The notes under the pieces: generated by a model
Told to the model about the DNA's origin: nothing
Databases searched by the model: none
Seen by the model: the letters and a program-made list of their open reading frames with translations, nothing else
Program-made: the position numbers and the translations under genes
NCBI GenBank assembly: GCA_964016885.1
Contig: CAXHJY010001432.1
Span: 1 to 64,000 of the forward strand
Source: Eledone cirrhosa
Taxonomy: Eukaryota
DNA: 64,000 nt
Direction of reading: 5' to 3'
Shown: piece after piece, positions 28,490 through 41,000 of the stretch
How positions within the stretch are numbered: position 1 is the stretch's first letter
Layout of the letters: each line of letters starts with the position of its first letter

Positions 28490-29619
28490 CTATATATATA
28501 TGTATAAATATATGTATATATGTATCCCTACCCCTTCCCCCATCTCTCTCCCACTCTCTCTCTTCCATTCATTCTTCTGATTTACTGGAAGAAAACCACG
28601 GTCTCCAAACTGACCGAGGCCTGGTCTCCGCCATGTTTATAAAGCCCAAGATATGTCGCATGTTTCGACCATACTTTTACGACTCCATCACCAGTTCAAT
28701 GCTCCTGCATGAATGGATTTATACGAGAGAATATCATTAACACCAGGCAGGACAGAACTCTTCTCTTCTTCTCAGTGACTTTCATCCCATGTAGTCATTA
28801 TATCTGCAGGTTTGTGGCCCCTTTACCTTCTGTGTTCTAATACCGCCAAGGTTAATTTTGCCTTCCAACCTTACAGTGTCGATAAAATAAAGCACCAGTG
28901 ACGAACAGGGGTCGATTTAATCGACTTTCCCCTCTCCAGATTTATTGGCCTTGTGCCTAAATCAGAAACCATCATATCTGCAGGTGTCAGCTGTTTTATG
29001 AAAATGTAAACACATATTCAGTGTTATACAAATACATGGCCAACAGACGAGAAAGTGAATGTGTATGTATGTATGTATATATATTTATTTGTATGTTCTT
29101 CTGGTTTTATAATTTCACAAATGTTTGCCAATAGAGAGAGAATCGGTTTCTTACATAGTTACAAGACTCTCTCATTGGAATTTACACAACATCAACTAGG
29201 TAGATATATATGCATGCCTGCATGCATGCATGTCTAGATATGGATGTTATTGTATGTGTGGATGTGCATGTTTTGAGTTGTATGTGTGCATGTGCATACG
29301 CTTTGTATCTGTACATGTGTATATGCAGTTATTAGATGTATGTATGTATGTATGTATGTATGCATGTATGTATGTATGTATGTATGTATGTATGTATGTA
29401 TGTATGTGTATGTATGTAAGTAGGTGTGTATGTATGCATGTGGTTACACGCACACATATACATATATAAATTGAGCTTACATATTGAAGCATATCTGAGG
29501 ATCTTTCGATTCCAGAGTCAGGTTCGATCAATAATAGATCGTACTTCGAGCTGATTGACATATGTAATATGCTATTAAATATGTTATTATGTAACACTGA
29601 TTCTTTGTTCCTTTATTCT

Positions 29620-29679
<60 letters not shown>

Positions 29680-29680
<1 letters not shown>

Positions 29681-32600
29681 ACCTGTCTCATGGTCGGGTC
29701 GTTGGCGACTAAACTGGCAACCCCACCAAGATTTCTTGGTGAGGAGGGTGACTTTGGACATCCTGCAAGACTAAAAACAAAACCTGTCAAAGGGCAAAGG
29801 AACTCCTGGGAGCTCTTAAGAGCTCTTGGAGTCAATGGCCATCCAAAACCAGCACGGCCCGCCGAAAGGCGCTACAGTGCCGGAAAAGTCAACTTCCGGT
29901 TACTAGTATGCTGGTAAGCTAGTACAACGTATCTCCAGACGGATAGAGTGGGTCCGTAGCTTTGGTTAGCGACTACTCTAGTGCTTGCAACACGAACAAT
30001 TAGGGCGAGGGTATAAATGCCAGGTTGGTATCTGGCGCCGGGTAACCCACCACACGGAGGAGAAAGCACCTTCTTCAAGACTTGGCTGTTAAATTCTTTC
30101 ACATGTGTGTAGTAGTGGCGCCCACGCACATTATTAGCTATTTGAAAAGATGATGGATTTCGCAACTGACTGCACCAGGGTTCCTGTTCCTCGGGGAACC
30201 ACACTATATGGTATACCTGTTGATATAGGTCCAGCCCCTGCTTTCCCGGGTCCTGTTTCTGATCATAATGCACCTACAAAGGCATCGAATGATGATGAAT
30301 CCTCAAATCTCAAGGGACGGGGTTCATCTGATGGAGAAGAAACAGGTCCTAACCAAACAACAAGCAAATCTCGCTTGGTTAGCTGTAAAAAGCAAATAAT
30401 AGTTGGCTCCTTGAACACCAGAACCCTCCTTCCAACAGGTAGACTCCAGGAGCTGGCAGAGAATGCCAAACTTCAGAACATTGACATCCTTGCGGTCCAA
30501 GAACACCGCTTTTTCCACCCAAAGGATGATCTCAAGTATCACACCCTAGGATCCTACCAACTTGTCACCTCTTCAGCCACCAAGAACCCTGTCAATGCGT
30601 CCGTCTGAGGAGTCGGCTGCCTTCTCTCATCTAAAGCCCGCAATAATCTTCTGGGGATTGAAACAATCTCTCCCAGAATCTTGGTGCTTACACTAGAGGG
30701 CAATCCTAGAACCACTGAGATATGTGTATACAGTCCTCATAACGCCTCTCCTGAGGATGAGGTAAGAGAATTCTACACGACCCTTCGCACAGTTGTTGAG
30801 CAAGTACCCTTACACAACTTTCTTATCATCGCTGGAGACCTCAACGCTCAACTTGGCCCGGATGAAGTAAAGTTCACATACAATAGCGTTACTAACCGAA
30901 ACGGGGGAATATCTCAAGGACTTCATGGAAGAATTCAGACTATTCAGCTCAAACAACAGCTTCATGAAGACCAGAGGCCAGCTGTGGACCTTCGAATACC
31001 CAAACCAAAAACGAGCTCAGATTGACTATTTGATATTTCGCAAGAAATGGAGAAACTCAATCAAAGATTCTAGATCTTATTCCTCCTTTAGCTCTGTCGG
31101 CTCAGATCATCGAGTCATCTCGACAACAATCAAATTTAGATATCCAAGAGGGCCGAACCTCATCCCATGAAAATAATAGACTGGAAAGCCGTTTCTTCCA
31201 ACAAACAACTATCCAATAGCTTCACGCTTCAAGTCTATAACAGATTTCAATCTCTCTCAACTTCTGATATCAATGACGATAATATTGAGGATGTGTATGA
31301 CTGTCTTAAGCAATCAACAGAGGAAGTTGCACTTGCCACCCTACCTAAAAAGAAAAGCCGAAGCCAAATGAAAACTAGTGCCTCAGAGAAGGTAATTGAG
31401 GCAAAGGCCCATCTTAGGTCAATATCCCAATCTCACCATCAATCACCATCTCAAGGGAAAAAGATACAGCTTATCATGGCCAAAAAATCACTAGACGACG
31501 CTTATCTTAATGCTGAAGCCGACTATATCTCAGGTAGGATTGATCAGCTATCGCAACATCACATCAGCAAACACCATCATCTTGCTTGGAAAGTTGTCAA
31601 AGATCTTTCAGGCAAAAACTCTGCAGTTAGAATCAAAGGAGGCTCTGCCAAAAAACGTCTTGAAAATTGGTCTGCTCATTTTAAAAACCTTCTAGGGAAA
31701 AAGGCCAGACTCCCTGATAACTATCAACTGCCATCCGTTCAGGTTTCAGAGCCTTTAGGAATCAACACCTCTCCTTTCACCATGCCTGAGCTCAAAGAAG
31801 CCATCAAACAGCTCAAAGCCTCAAAAGCCTTTGGGCCGGATAATATACCTACCCTGATTTGGAAGGATGAGCATTTCCACATCCTTTTGCTCAACTTATG
31901 TAACCATACTTTCGAGACCAATAAACCACCTAGCGTCTGGCATGCAGCTCAAATTATCCCCATGCCCAAAAAGGGAGATCTTTCTTTAGCCACCAACTAT
32001 AGAGGAATTTCTCTCATGGCAATTGCTGCAAAAATATACAACAAGCTTCTTCTTAACCGCTTAATCCCATTTCTTGAGCCAATCCTTCGTAACAACCAGA
32101 ATGGATTTAGAAGAGGTAGATCAACACTTAGCCAGATTCTCTGCCTTCGCCGACTTATAGAGGAGTCCCAAAACCGCAATCTAGACCTTGTACTCATCTT
32201 TGTTGATTTTTCAAAAGCCTTCGCCTCAGTTGACAGGTCGGGGATGTTTGAAATTCTACAACTCTATGGGATTCCTGATAAAATCATCGCGGCCATACGT
32301 GTAACGTATACAGATACCAAATCAACTGTCCTGACCCTAGATGGGGAAACACCACCTTTCTCAATCCTCGCTGGAATTTTACAGGGCGATACCAATGCTC
32401 CGTATCTGTTTATCATTGTTGTGGATTATGTTTTGCGCATGTCTGTGGATAGGATTCAGGATAGGGGATACCAACTACAGCCTAGGAGAAGCTCACGCTA
32501 CCCAGCAAAATACTTGACCGACACCGACTTTGCTGACGTCATCGCATTGATCAGTCGGTCACTGGAAAATGCTGAGAGTCTTTTGAAGTCATTGGAGCAA

Positions 32601-33295
32601 GCGTCCAACTGTGTTGGACTGTACCTCAACGAATCCAAGACTGAGTGTGTGAACAGATACGCAAACAGCCCAAACTACCCCATCAGAACCCTTAATGGTA
32701 CCACCCTTAAGCAGGTGGAAGATTACAAGTATCTTGGCTCATATATCTCCTCCTCCAAAATAGATTTTCTAACCAGGAAGGGTATGGCATGGTCAGCGTG
32801 CAATGACATGCACGCCATATGGACATCTCAACTTACCAACAAGCTAAAACTGGAAATATTCCAAGCAACCATTAAGCCCATATTACTTTATGAATCCGAA
32901 ACTTGGACACTAACATCACAACTTGAGAGGAGATTGGATGGCACATATACCCGCCTCTTAATGACAGTGCAAAACCTATCCTGGAAACGACATCCCACCT
33001 TGTCTAAAATCTATGGCAAACTCCCTCGAGCCTCTGTCCTTCTAAAATCCCGGAGAGCTCAATTTTCTGGCCACTGTCACCGTGCCAGCAATGAAATCAT
33101 ATCCGCTCTCTTGCTCTGGAACCCTGACTCCAGTCTGACTAGGAGTAGGAAGCTGTCATTCCCTGACGTTATCTCTAGGGATACGGGAATCAGTAGACAG
33201 GACCTGGGAGCAGCGATGGGGGACAGGGAATTCTGGGGGTTGAGGGTGAGATCAATCATCTCGACAGTAGTCGACGAATGATGATGATGATGATA
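29680..33295 (+). mobile_element. Near-full-length RTE-type LINE (APE endonuclease + RT), inactive
   Basis: APE motifs (GSLNTRTL, DILAVQEHR, VYSPH, IIAGDLNA, QIDY, SDHR), an RT ORF and a (GAT)n tail. Inserted in (TA)n. Confidence 0.9.
30150..33281 (+). pseudogene. APE-RT polyprotein, broken by a stop (~30606) and frameshifts; the RT portion 31167-33281 is open
   Basis: KAFGPDNIP, NYRGISL, QNGFRRGRS, FVDFSKAFASV, ILQGD, DFADVI (FADD mutated), YKYLGS. Confidence 0.9.
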
Positions 33296-33529
33296 TATAT
33301 AATGTCTATACATTAAATATATATACATTAAATTTAGCTCTGGTACTTACATAGAGCACTCTTCACTCCTATGACTTTTTCAATTTTCAATGGAAACTTC
33401 AATACTTATATATATATGTGTGTGTGTGTATGTGTGTGTGTGTACGTATGTGATTGACGGCTGAGAGAAAAGAGTACTCAATACCGAAGTAGGCTTTTAA
33501 TATTCATTTTATTAAAGCTAAATAGTGAG

Positions 33530-33577
33530 TCTTGTTACTCTGAAGTTTCGCCTGTTTATCAAAGTGTCATCAGACAA

Positions 33578-33579
<2 letters not shown>
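33530..33579 (-). ncRNA. Hammerhead motif (F10)
   Basis: Reverse complement UCUUGU-CUGAUGA-CACUUUGAUAAACAGGC-GAA-ACUUCAGAGU-A-ACAAGA; 6-bp stem I, eroded stem II. Confidence 0.6.
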
Positions 33580-33621
<42 letters not shown>

Positions 33622-33660
33622 CATTTATATATATATAAATACCTTTCATTTATACCTTTC

Positions 33661-33715
<55 letters not shown>

Positions 33716-33989
33716 CTAGTAATATGTTTGTGTGTAAATCTGTATGTATATTATATGTATATATATGTGTATGTGTGTGTTTGGGTGTGTAAAAATTACT
33801 TTATAAATGTATACACATACAGACACACATACATACATACACACATACACACACACATACACACAGATACACACACATACACAGACATACACAGCGAAGC
33901 TCGTCGAGAAATCCAATACAGTTATCCAAAATGATGCAATCTAGGTTATAAGGTAAGATTTTGAGGTACGGAAGCAGATTCTAAATGGG

Positions 33990-34790
33990 TGTGTGTGCAT
34001 GTGTGTGCGGGGGGTGGGTGTAGGTAAGTGTGTATGTGTATGTGTGTATATGTACGTTTGTATATATGTATGTGTCTATATATGTGTGTGTACGTGTGTA
34101 CATGTATGTGTGTGTGTGTACGTGAGTATATGTATGTGTGTGTGTGTACGTGTGTACATGTGTGTATATATGTGTGTGTACGTATGTATATATGTGTCTA
34201 CATGTGTATGTGTGTGTGTACGTATGTATATGTGTGTGTACGTGTGTATATGTGTGTGTACGTGTATATATGTATCTGTGTATATGTTTGTGTGTACGTG
34301 TGTATATGTATGTGTGTGTGTGTACGTGTGTACATGTGTGTGTGTGTGTGTGCGTGTACGTGTGTACATGTATGTATATGTGTGTACGTGTGTATACGTG
34401 TGTGTACGTGTGTATATGTGTATATATGTGTGTGTGTACGTGTGTATATATATGTGTCTATATGTGTGTGTACGTGTGTATATGTACGTGTGTATATATG
34501 TATGTGTATATATATGTGTGTGTACGTGTGTATATGTATGTGTATATATGTGTATGTGTATATGTGTATATGTATGTGTGTATATGTACGTGTGTATATA
34601 TGTGTGTGTACGTGTGTATATGAGGTATATGTATGTATATGTGTGTGTACGTGTGTATATGTATGTGTGTATATGAGGTATATGTATGTATATGTGTGTG
34701 TACGTGTGTAGATGTGTGTATATATGTGGGTGTACGTGTGTATATATATATGTGTCTGTATGTGTATATGTATGTGTGTACATGAGGTAT
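33990..34790. repeat. Compound TG/TA/TACG microsatellite
   Basis: Low-complexity alternating purine-pyrimidine tract. Confidence 0.9.
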
Positions 34791-34816
34791 ATATTTCAAA
34801 AACGTACAAAAGAAAG

Positions 34817-35010
34817 ATAATTGTTTCTACTTTTGGCACAAGGCCAGCAATTATCTCAGTGTATTACTGGTACTTTATTTTATCGACCCCGTAAGGATGA
34901 AAGGCAAAGTTAACCTCGGCGGGATTTGAACTCAGAATGGCAAGGGGCGTAACTCTATGCGTCAAAGCATGGTGTCGGACAATCTACCGACACTGCCAAT
35001 CCACCGCCCT
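34817..35010 (-). mobile_element. tRNA-derived SINE whose head seeds the satellite
   Basis: Same family as 27934 and 60716; B-box at 34921-34933; runs without a break into the array. Confidence 0.85.
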
Positions 35011-38000
35011 AGCATGGTGTCCGACCCTCTACCGACACTGCCAATCCAGCACCCTAGCATCGTGTCCATCCCTCTACCGACACTGCCAATCCACCACCCT
35101 AGCATGGTGTCCGACCCTCTACCGACACTGCCAATCCACCACCCTAGCATGGTGTCCGACCCTCTACCGACACTGCCAATCCACCACCCTAGCATGGTGT
35201 CCATCCCTCTACCGACACTGCCAATCCACCGCCCTAGCATGGTGTCCGACCCTCTACCGACACTGCCAATCCAGCACCCTAGCATCGTGTCCATCCCTCT
35301 ACCGACACTGCCAATCCACCACCCTAGCATGGTGTCCGACCCTCTACCGACACTGCCAATCCACCACCCTAGCATGGTGTCCGACCCTCTACCGACACTG
35401 CCAATCCACCACCCTAGCATGGTGTCCATCCCTCTACCGACACTGCCAATCCACCACCCTAGCATGGTGTCCGACCCTCTACCGACACTGCCAATCCACC
35501 ACCCTAGCATGGTGTCCGACCCTCTACCGACACTGCCAATCCACCACCCTAGCATGGTGTCCATCCCTCTACCGACACTGCCAATCCACCACCCTAGCAT
35601 GGTGTCCGACCCTCTACCGACACTGCCAATCCACCACCCTAGCATGGTGTCCATCCCTCTACCGACACTGCCAATCCACCACCCTAGCATCGTGTCCGAC
35701 CCTCTACCGACACTGCCAATCCACCACCCTAGCATCGTGTCCGACCCTCTACCGACACTGCCAATCCAGCACCCTAGCATCGTGTCCGACCCTCTACCGA
35801 CACTGCCAATCCACCACCCTAACATCGTGTCCGACCCTCTACCGACACTGCCAATCCACCACCCTAGCATGGTGTCCGACCCTCTACCGACACTGCCAAT
35901 CCACCACCCTAGCATGGTGTCCATCCCTCTACCGACACTGCCAATCCACCACCCTAGCATGGTGTCCGACCCTCTACCGACACTGCCAATCCACCACCCT
36001 AGCATGGTGTCCATCCCTCTACCGACACTGCCAATCCACCACCCTAGCATCGTGTCCGACCCTCTACCGACACTGCCAATCCACCACCCTAGCATCGTGT
36101 CCGACCCTCTACCGACACTGCCAATCCAGCACCCTAGCATCGTGTCCGACCCTCTACCGACACTGCCAATCCACCACCCTAACATCGTGTCCGACCCTCT
36201 ACCGACACTGCCAATCCACCACCCTAGCATGGTGTCCGACCCTCTACCGACACTGCCAATCCACCACCCTAGCATGGTGTCCATCCCTCTACCGACACTG
36301 CCAATCCACCACCCTAGCATCGTGTCCGACCCTCTACCGACACTGCCAATCCACCACCCTAGCATGGTGTCCATCCCTCTACCGACACTGCCAATCCACC
36401 ACCCTAGCATCGTGTCCGACCCTCTACACTGCCAATCCACCACCCTAGCATCGTGTCCGACCCTCTACCGACACTGCCAATCCAGCACCCTAGCATCGTG
36501 TCCGACCCTCTACCGACACTGCCAATCCACCACCCTAACATCGTGTCCGACCCTCTACCGACACTGCCAATCCACCACCTTAGCATGGTGTCCGTCCCTC
36601 TACCGATACTGCCAATCCTCCGCCCTAGCATGGTGTCCGTCCCTCTACCGATACTGCCAATCCACCACCCTAGCATCGTGTCCGACCCTCTACCGACACT
36701 GCCAATCCACCACCCTAGCATCGTGTCCGACCCTCTACCGACACTGCCAATCCAGCACCCTAGCATCGTGTCCGACCCTCTACCGACACTGCCAATCCTC
36801 CGCCCTAGCATGGTGTCCGACCCTCTACCGACACTGCCAATCCAGCACCCTAGCATGGTGTCCGACCCTCTACCGACACTGCCAATCCTCCGCCCTAGCA
36901 TGGTGTCCGACCCTCTACCGACACTGCCAATCCACCACCTTAGCATGGTGTCCATCCCTCTACCGACACTGCCAATCCACCACCCTAGCATGGTGTCCAT
37001 CCCTCTACCGACACTGCCAATCCACCACCCTAGCATGGTGTCCGACCCTCTACCGATACTGCCAATCCTCCGCCCTAGCATGGTGTCCATCCCTCTACCG
37101 ACACTGCCAATCCACCACCCTAGCATGGTGTCCGACCCTCTACCGACACTGCCAATCCTCCGCCCTAGCATGGTGTCCGACCCTCTACCGACACTGCCAA
37201 TCCACCACCCTAGCATGGTGTCCGACCCTCTACCGACACTGCCAATCCACCACCCTAGCATGGTGTCCGACCCGCTACCGACACTGCCAATCCACCACCC
37301 TAGCATGGTGTCCGACCCTCTACCGACACTGCCAATCCACCGCCCTAGCATCGTGTCCGACCCTCTACCGACACTGCCAATCCACCACCCTAGCATGGTG
37401 TCCGACCCTCTACCGACACTGCCAATCCTCCGCCCTAGCATGGTGTCCGACCCTCTACCGACACTGCCAATCCACCACCCTAGCATGGTGTCCGACCCTC
37501 TACCGACACTGCCAATCCACCACCCTAGCATGGTGTCCGACCCTCTACCGACACTGCCAATCCACCACCCTAGCATGGTGTCCGACCCTCTACCGACACT
37601 GCCAATCCACCACCCTAGCATGGTGTCCGACCCTCTACCGACACTGCCAATCCTCCGCCCTAGCATGGTGTCCATCCCTCTACCGACACTGCCAATCCAC
37701 CACCCTAGCATGGTGTCCGACCCTCTACCGACACTGCCAATCCTCCGCCCTAGCATGGTGTCCATCCCTCTACCGACACTGCCAATCCACCGCCCTAGCA
37801 TCGTGTCCGACCCTCTACCGACACTGCCAATCCACCACCCTAGCATGGTGTCCGACCCTCTACCGATACTGCCAATCCTCCGCCCTAGCATGGTGTCCAT
37901 CCCTCTACCGACACTGCCAATCCACCACCCTAGCATCGTGTCCGACCCTCTACCGACACTGCCAATCCTCCGCCCTAGCATGGTGTCCATCCCTCTACCG

Positions 38001-41000
38001 ACACTGCCAATCCACCACCCTAGCATGGTGTCCGACCCTCTACCGATACTGCCAATCCACCGCCCTAGCATGGTGTCCGACCCTCTACCGACACTGCCAA
38101 TCCTCCGCCCTAGCATGGTGTCCGACCCTCTACCGACACTGCCAATCCTCCGCCCTAGCATGGTGTCCGACCCTCTACCGATACTGCCAATCCACCACCC
38201 TAGCATGGCGTCAGACCTTCTACCGACACTGCCAATCCACCACCCTAGCATGGTGTCCGACCCTCTACCGACACTGCCAATCCACCACCCTAGCATGGTG
38301 TCCATCCCTCTACCGACACTGCCAATCCACCACCCTAGCATGGTGTCCGACCCTCTACCGACACTGCCAATCCTCCGCCCTAGCATGGTGTCCGACCCTC
38401 TACCGATACTGCCAATCCACCACCCTAGCATGGTGTCAGACCCTCTACCGACACTGCCAATCCACCACCCTAGCATCGTGTCCGACCCTCTACCGACACT
38501 GCCAATCCACCACCCTAGCATGGTGTCAGACCCTCTACCGACACTGCCAATCCACCACCCTAGCATGGTGTCCGACCCTCTACCGATACTGCCAATCCAC
38601 CACCCTAGCATGGTGTCCGACCCTCTACCGACACTGCCAATCCTCCGCCCTAGCATGGTGTCCGACCCTCTACCGACACTGCCAATCCACCACCCTAGCA
38701 TGGTGTCCATCCCTCTACCGACACTGCCAATCCACCACCCTAGCATGGTGTCCGACCCTCTACCGACACTGCCAATCCACCACCCTAGCATGGTGTCCGA
38801 CCCTCTACCGACACTGCCAATCCTCCGCCCTAGCATGGTGTCCGACCCTCTACCGACACTGCCAATCCTCCGCCCTAGCATGGTGTCCATCCCTCTACCG
38901 ACACTGCCAATCCACCACCCTAGCATGGTGTCCGACCCTCTACCGACACTGCCAATCCACCACCCTAGCATGGTGTCCGACCCTCTACCGACACTGCCAA
39001 TCCACCACCCTAGCATGGTGTCCGACCCTCTACCGATACTGCCAATCCTCCGCCCTAGCATGGTGTCCGACCCTCTACCGACACTGCCAATCCTCCGCCC
39101 TAGCATGGTGTCCATCCCTCTACCGACACTGCCAATCCACCACCCTAGCAAGGTGTCCATCCCTCTACCGACACTGCCAATCCACCACCCTAGCATGGTG
39201 TCCGACCCTCTACCGACACTGCCAATCCACCACCCTAGCATGGTGTCCGACCCTCTACCGACACTGCCAATCCTCCGCCCTAGCATGGTGTCCGACCCTC
39301 TACCGACACTGCCAATCCTCCGCCCTAGCATGGTGTCCATCCCTCTACCGACACTGCCAATCCACCACCCTAGCATGGTGTCCATCCCTCTACCGACACT
39401 GCCAATCCTCCGCCCTAGCATGGTGTCCATCCCTCTACCGACACTGCCAATCCACCACCCTAGCATGGTGTCCATCCCTCTACCGACACTGCCAATCCAC
39501 CACCCTAGCATGGTGTCCGACCCTCTACCGACACTGCCAATCCACCACCCTAGCATGGTGTCCATCCCTCTACCGATACTGCCAATCCTCCGCCCTAGCA
39601 TGGTGTCCATCCCTCTACCGATACTGCCAATCCTCCGCCCTAGCATGGTGTCCGACCCTCTACCGACACTGCCAATCCACCACCCTAGCATGGTGTCAGA
39701 CCCTCTACCGACACTGCCAATCCACCACCCTAGCATGGTGTCCATCCCTCTACCGACACTGCCAATCCACCACCCTAGCATGGTGTCAGACCCTCTACCG
39801 ACACTGCCAATCCACCACCCTAGCATGGTGTCCGACCCTCTACCGACACTGCCAATCCACCACCCTAGCATGGTGTCCATCCCTCTACCGATACTGCCAA
39901 TCCTCCGCCCTAGCATGGTGTCCGACCCTCTACCGACACTGCCAATCCACCACCCTAGCATGGTGTCAGACCCTCTACCGACACTGCCAATCCACCACCC
40001 TAGCATGGTGTCCATCCCTCTACCGATACTGCCAATCCTCCGCCCTAGCATGGTGTCCATCCCTCTACCGATACTGCCAATCCTCCGCCCTAGCATGGTG
40101 TCCATCCCTCTACCGACACTGCCAATCCACCACCCTAGCATGGTGTCCGACCCTCTACCGATACTGCCAATCCTCCGCCCTAGCATGGTGTTCATCCCTC
40201 TACCGATACTGCCAATCCTCCGCCCTAGCATGGTGTCCATCCCTCTACCGATACTGCCAATCCTCCGCCCTAGCATGGTGTCCGACCCTCTACCGACGCT
40301 GCCAATCCACCACCCTAGCATCGTGTCCGACCCTCTACCGACACTGCCAATCCACCACCCTAGCATGGTGTCCATCCCTCTACCGACACTGCCAATCCAC
40401 CACCCTAGCATGGTGTCCATCCCTCTACCGACACTGCCAATCCACCACCCTAGCATGGTGTCCGTCCCTCTACCGATACTGCCAATCCACCACCCTAGCA
40501 TGGTGTCCATCCCTCTACCGACACTGCCAATCCACCACCCTAGCATGGTGTCCGTCCCTCTACCGATACTGCCAATCCACCACCCTAGCATGGTGTCCAT
40601 CCCTCTACCGACACTGCCAATCCACCACCCTAGCATGGTGTCCGTCCCTCTACCGATACTGCCAATCCACCACCCTAGCATGGTGTCCGACCCTCTACCG
40701 ACACTGCCAATCCACCACCCTAGCATCGTGTCCGACCCTCTACCGACACTGCCAATCTACCACCCTAGCATGGTGTTCGACCCTCTACCGATACTGCCAA
40801 TCCACCACCATAGCATGGTGTCCGTCCCTCTACCGACACTGCCAATCCACCACCCTAGCATGGTGTCCGACCCTCTACCGATACTGCCAATCCACCACCC
40901 TAGCATGGTGTCCGTCCCTCTACCGACACTGCCAATCCACCACCCTAGCATGGTGTCCGTCCCTCTACCGATACTGCCAATCCTCCGCCCTAGCATGGTG

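Noticed and set aside
31167-33281. Active reverse transcriptase
   Set aside because: Catalytic FADD reads FADV, AFD reads AFA, and the upstream APE region has a stop and frameshifts.
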